A stretch of 26,489 bases of DNA from a virus (lineage: Duplodnaviria; Caudoviricetes), in IMG/VR virus record IMGVR_UViG_3300036779_000076, positions 1 through 26,489 of that record; one strand, given 5' to 3'. The position numbers were made by a program, and so were the translations under genes. Positions 24,536 to 26,489 of this stretch are shown here, in pieces. The notes below the pieces were generated by a model, which had not been told where the DNA came from, did no database searches, and saw nothing but the letters and a program-made list of their open reading frames with translations. Every line of letters starts with the position of its first letter. Position 1 is the first letter of the stretch.

Positions 24536-25634
24536 TCTGGAACGCACCGAACAGCGCCGAGCGCTCGACGAAATGGCGAATGCCGGCGCGCAGCCCAATC
24601 AACCGACGCCCGGCGGCCATGCCTTGGTGCGGCCAACAACCGGCCTTGCCGAGCGCGTCATCGGCGCGCAGCCGGTCGCGGTCTATCGCGACGAACAAAG
24701 AATCCTGCAGAAATTGTCATCGCTCGCCGCCGCTGCCGGCAGTGATTGGTTCTATCGCTTTCCAGTGCGCACCCAAGAGGGCGGCCAAGATTGGATCGAG
24801 GGCCCGTCGATCAAGCTCGCCAACGACGTCGCGCGCATCTTCGGCAACAATGTCAACGAGATTCGCGAAATCGATGTCGGCGATGCCTGGATTTTCTATG
24901 CGCGGTTCACCGATATCGAAACCGGCTTTTCGATGGAACGCGCCTACCGGCAGCGCAAGGGCCAACGCTCGCTGAAAACCAAGGACGCCGATCGGCAACT
25001 CGATATCGCCTATCAGATCGGCCAGTCGAAGGCGATCCGCAATTGCATCGTCAATTCGCTGCAGCTTTATTCCGACTATGCGTTTCAGGAAGCGCGCCAC
25101 TCGCTGGTCGACAAGATCGGCAAGGACGTCGACGGCTGGCGCAGGCGCACGCTGGAAAGCCTCGCCCGGCTGCCGGTCGACCTGACACGCGTCGAGCGCG
25201 TCATCGGCCGGCCGGCGGCGCAATGGCTGGCGCCCGATATCGCGAGGATCGTCGCAATGGGCAAGGCGATCACCGACGGCATGGCGTTGGCCGAGGACGT
25301 ATTCCCGCCGCCGCAGCAAGTCGTGCCGCCAGACGGCGGCCAGCCCGCCACACCGGGACCGGACGCCGCAGCACCCGCGGCGCCCGCAGGCGGCGATGCT
25401 TCTCGGGCCGAACAAGAGGCATCGCCGCCGACTACAGACACCTTCGCCGATGAAGTGCGGCAAGCGGTCGACCCGGTCGAGGCGACGCGGCGGCGTGGCG
25501 CCGAGGCGTTCCGCGCTGGCAAGAAACGCCGCGACCTTCCCTCGGACCTTCTTGGCGCGGACAAGGCCACGTTGGCAGTCGCTTACGTCGCCGGGTGGGA
25601 TCAAGCGCAAACCGAGGCGCGCGGCGGCGGCTAG
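24525..25634 (+). CDS. putative recombination/single-strand annealing partner of YqaJ
   Basis: Immediately follows the exonuclease. Conserved-looking FYRFP...IEGPSIKLANDVARIFGN and SKAIRNCI, with a low-complexity C-terminal linker. Start among ATGs 24519-24525. Confidence 0.6.
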   Translation: MPTDLERTEQRRALDEMANAGAQPNQPTPGGHALVRPTTGLAERVIGAQPVAVYRDEQRILQKLSSLAAAAGSDWFYRFPVRTQEGGQDWIEGPSIKLANDVARIFGNNVNEIREIDVGDAWIFYARFTDIETGFSMERAYRQRKGQRSLKTKDADRQLDIAYQIGQSKAIRNCIVNSLQLYSDYAFQEARHSLVDKIGKDVDGWRRRTLESLARLPVDLTRVERVIGRPAAQWLAPDIARIVAMGKAITDGMALAEDVFPPPQQVVPPDGGQPATPGPDAAAPAAPAGGDASRAEQEASPPTTDTFADEVRQAVDPVEATRRRGAEAFRAGKKRRDLPSDLLGADKATLAVAYVAGWDQAQTEARGGG

Positions 25635-25681
25635 GCGTTTTTGGAAGTGAGACTGGCAAATCCAAAAGGGAGGAACTGGAA

Positions 25682-26489
25682 ATGGCGAAGCGCGAAGCAA
25701 ACAAAGACGGCAACGGCAAAAAGATCACCAAGCTGGAAATCGTCAAACCAAAGGTCGACATTCTCAAGAGCGCGAGCGGCATCGTGACCATCCCGGGCGT
25801 TCGCACCGAGCGCTTTGTCACGCTGATCATCGGCACGTCGCCGCTTGTGTGTCACAAGTTTGCGGAAAAAGCGCAGGCGCAGATTTTGGCGAAGCACAAG
25901 GGCGAAGCCAGCGCTGGCCGCGAGAGAAAAGACCCGGTCGCCAATTATATGGCGGCGCGCTACCGGCTCAGTGACGGCAGCGACGGCGTGCATGCCGGTG
26001 GCGTCAAGGCCGCGCTGGTCAAGGGCTTTAGCAAGGAAAGCGGCGTGCCGATGACGAAGGCCAAGGGGGCCATCCGCGTCGCCGCCGATGATGAAAAAAA
26101 CAATTATGTGCGGATCATCGGCCCGCGCGATGCACGCGCGGCGACAAGCGTCGGCGAGCCGAACACGTGGCCCGGTTGCCGCGAGGATATCGTTCGCAAC
26201 GAGAACGGTGTCGTCGATATCCGTCACCGCCCGGAATATTGGCCGTGGGCAATGCGGCTCGAAATCGCGCACATGCCAGCGGTGTGCAGCACCGCGCAGA
26301 CTTTGCAAGCGGTCAGCATGAGCGGCTTTGTCGAGGGGCTCTGCGAATGGCGACCCGGCAGCAAGACGAGTTTGTCTGGAACTTTGGGGACGTGGCGACT
26401 GGCGACCGCCGAGGAAGTCGCGTTGTTTGAAGCGGGCAAGTTGTTTGATGACGTCAGCGCTGTCGGACGACAACAGAAAAACGGCAACA
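25682..26489 (+). CDS. RAMP/Cas7-like phage protein (at least 269 aa, runs off right edge)
   Basis: Not in the ORF track because it has no stop. GGGAGG RBS and an open frame from ATG 25682. Motifs LIIGTSPLVCH, GVHAGGVKAALV, DIRHRPEYWPW.MRLEI and Gly-rich loop SGFVEGLCEWRPGSKTSLSGTLGTW. Confidence 0.7.
   Translation, partial: MAKREANKDGNGKKITKLEIVKPKVDILKSASGIVTIPGVRTERFVTLIIGTSPLVCHKFAEKAQAQILAKHKGEASAGRERKDPVANYMAARYRLSDGSDGVHAGGVKAALVKGFSKESGVPMTKAKGAIRVAADDEKNNYVRIIGPRDARAATSVGEPNTWPGCREDIVRNENGVVDIRHRPEYWPWAMRLEIAHMPAVCSTAQTLQAVSMSGFVEGLCEWRPGSKTSLSGTLGTWRLATAEEVALFEAGKLFDDVSAVGRQQKNGN

Noticed and set aside
1-26489. CRISPR array or short-period guide-like repeat array for the RAMP-like gene
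   Set aside because: No repeat-spacer array and no sustained 5-nt periodic GG(C/T)NN tract was seen by eye. GGC-rich stretches (about 11685-11720, 21710-21750 and 25480-25510) are irregular or explained by codons.
1-26489. tRNA, rRNA, integrase, transposase or att site
   Set aside because: None recognisable in the window, so prophage versus free phage cannot be decided.

Overview
This high-GC window reads as a segment of a lambdoid/HK97-type tailed phage or prophage. The host is probably an alphaproteobacterium (Hyphomicrobiales-like), inferred from the gene families. Right arm, + strand (22304-26489): early genes including an excisionase-like HTH, a YqaJ/lambda-type exonuclease and a putative annealing partner. 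It ends in an ORF missing from the supplied track (25682 to the window end) that has RAMP/Cas7-like motifs but no CRISPR array or other cas genes in view; this is the most interesting signal. Middle, - strand (22000 down to 5642): Cro/YdaS-like regulator, GapR-like protein, MT-A70 methyltransferase with a degenerate catalytic motif, RuvC-like resolvase, RepA/AAA_25 helicase, a candidate origin and a DUF6362-like late regulator. These are followed by HNH, two tandem cell-wall hydrolases sharing a C-terminal tail, a Pro/His-repeat protein, a probable cos region, terS and terL. Instead of a portal gene, terL is followed by a secreted cutinase-like hydrolase and a 731-aa protein with two GNAT-like domains. 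Left, + strand (about 1190-5645): an oppositely oriented accessory cassette. Its two promoter-like regions each carry a pair of CGGACA-N3-TGTCC(G) palindromes, and it holds small ORFs, three secreted proteins with near-identical translation starts and an HTH gene near its end. A TPR/glycosyltransferase gene and a small membrane-protein gene close the left end. All calls come from reading motifs by eye; no database searches were run.
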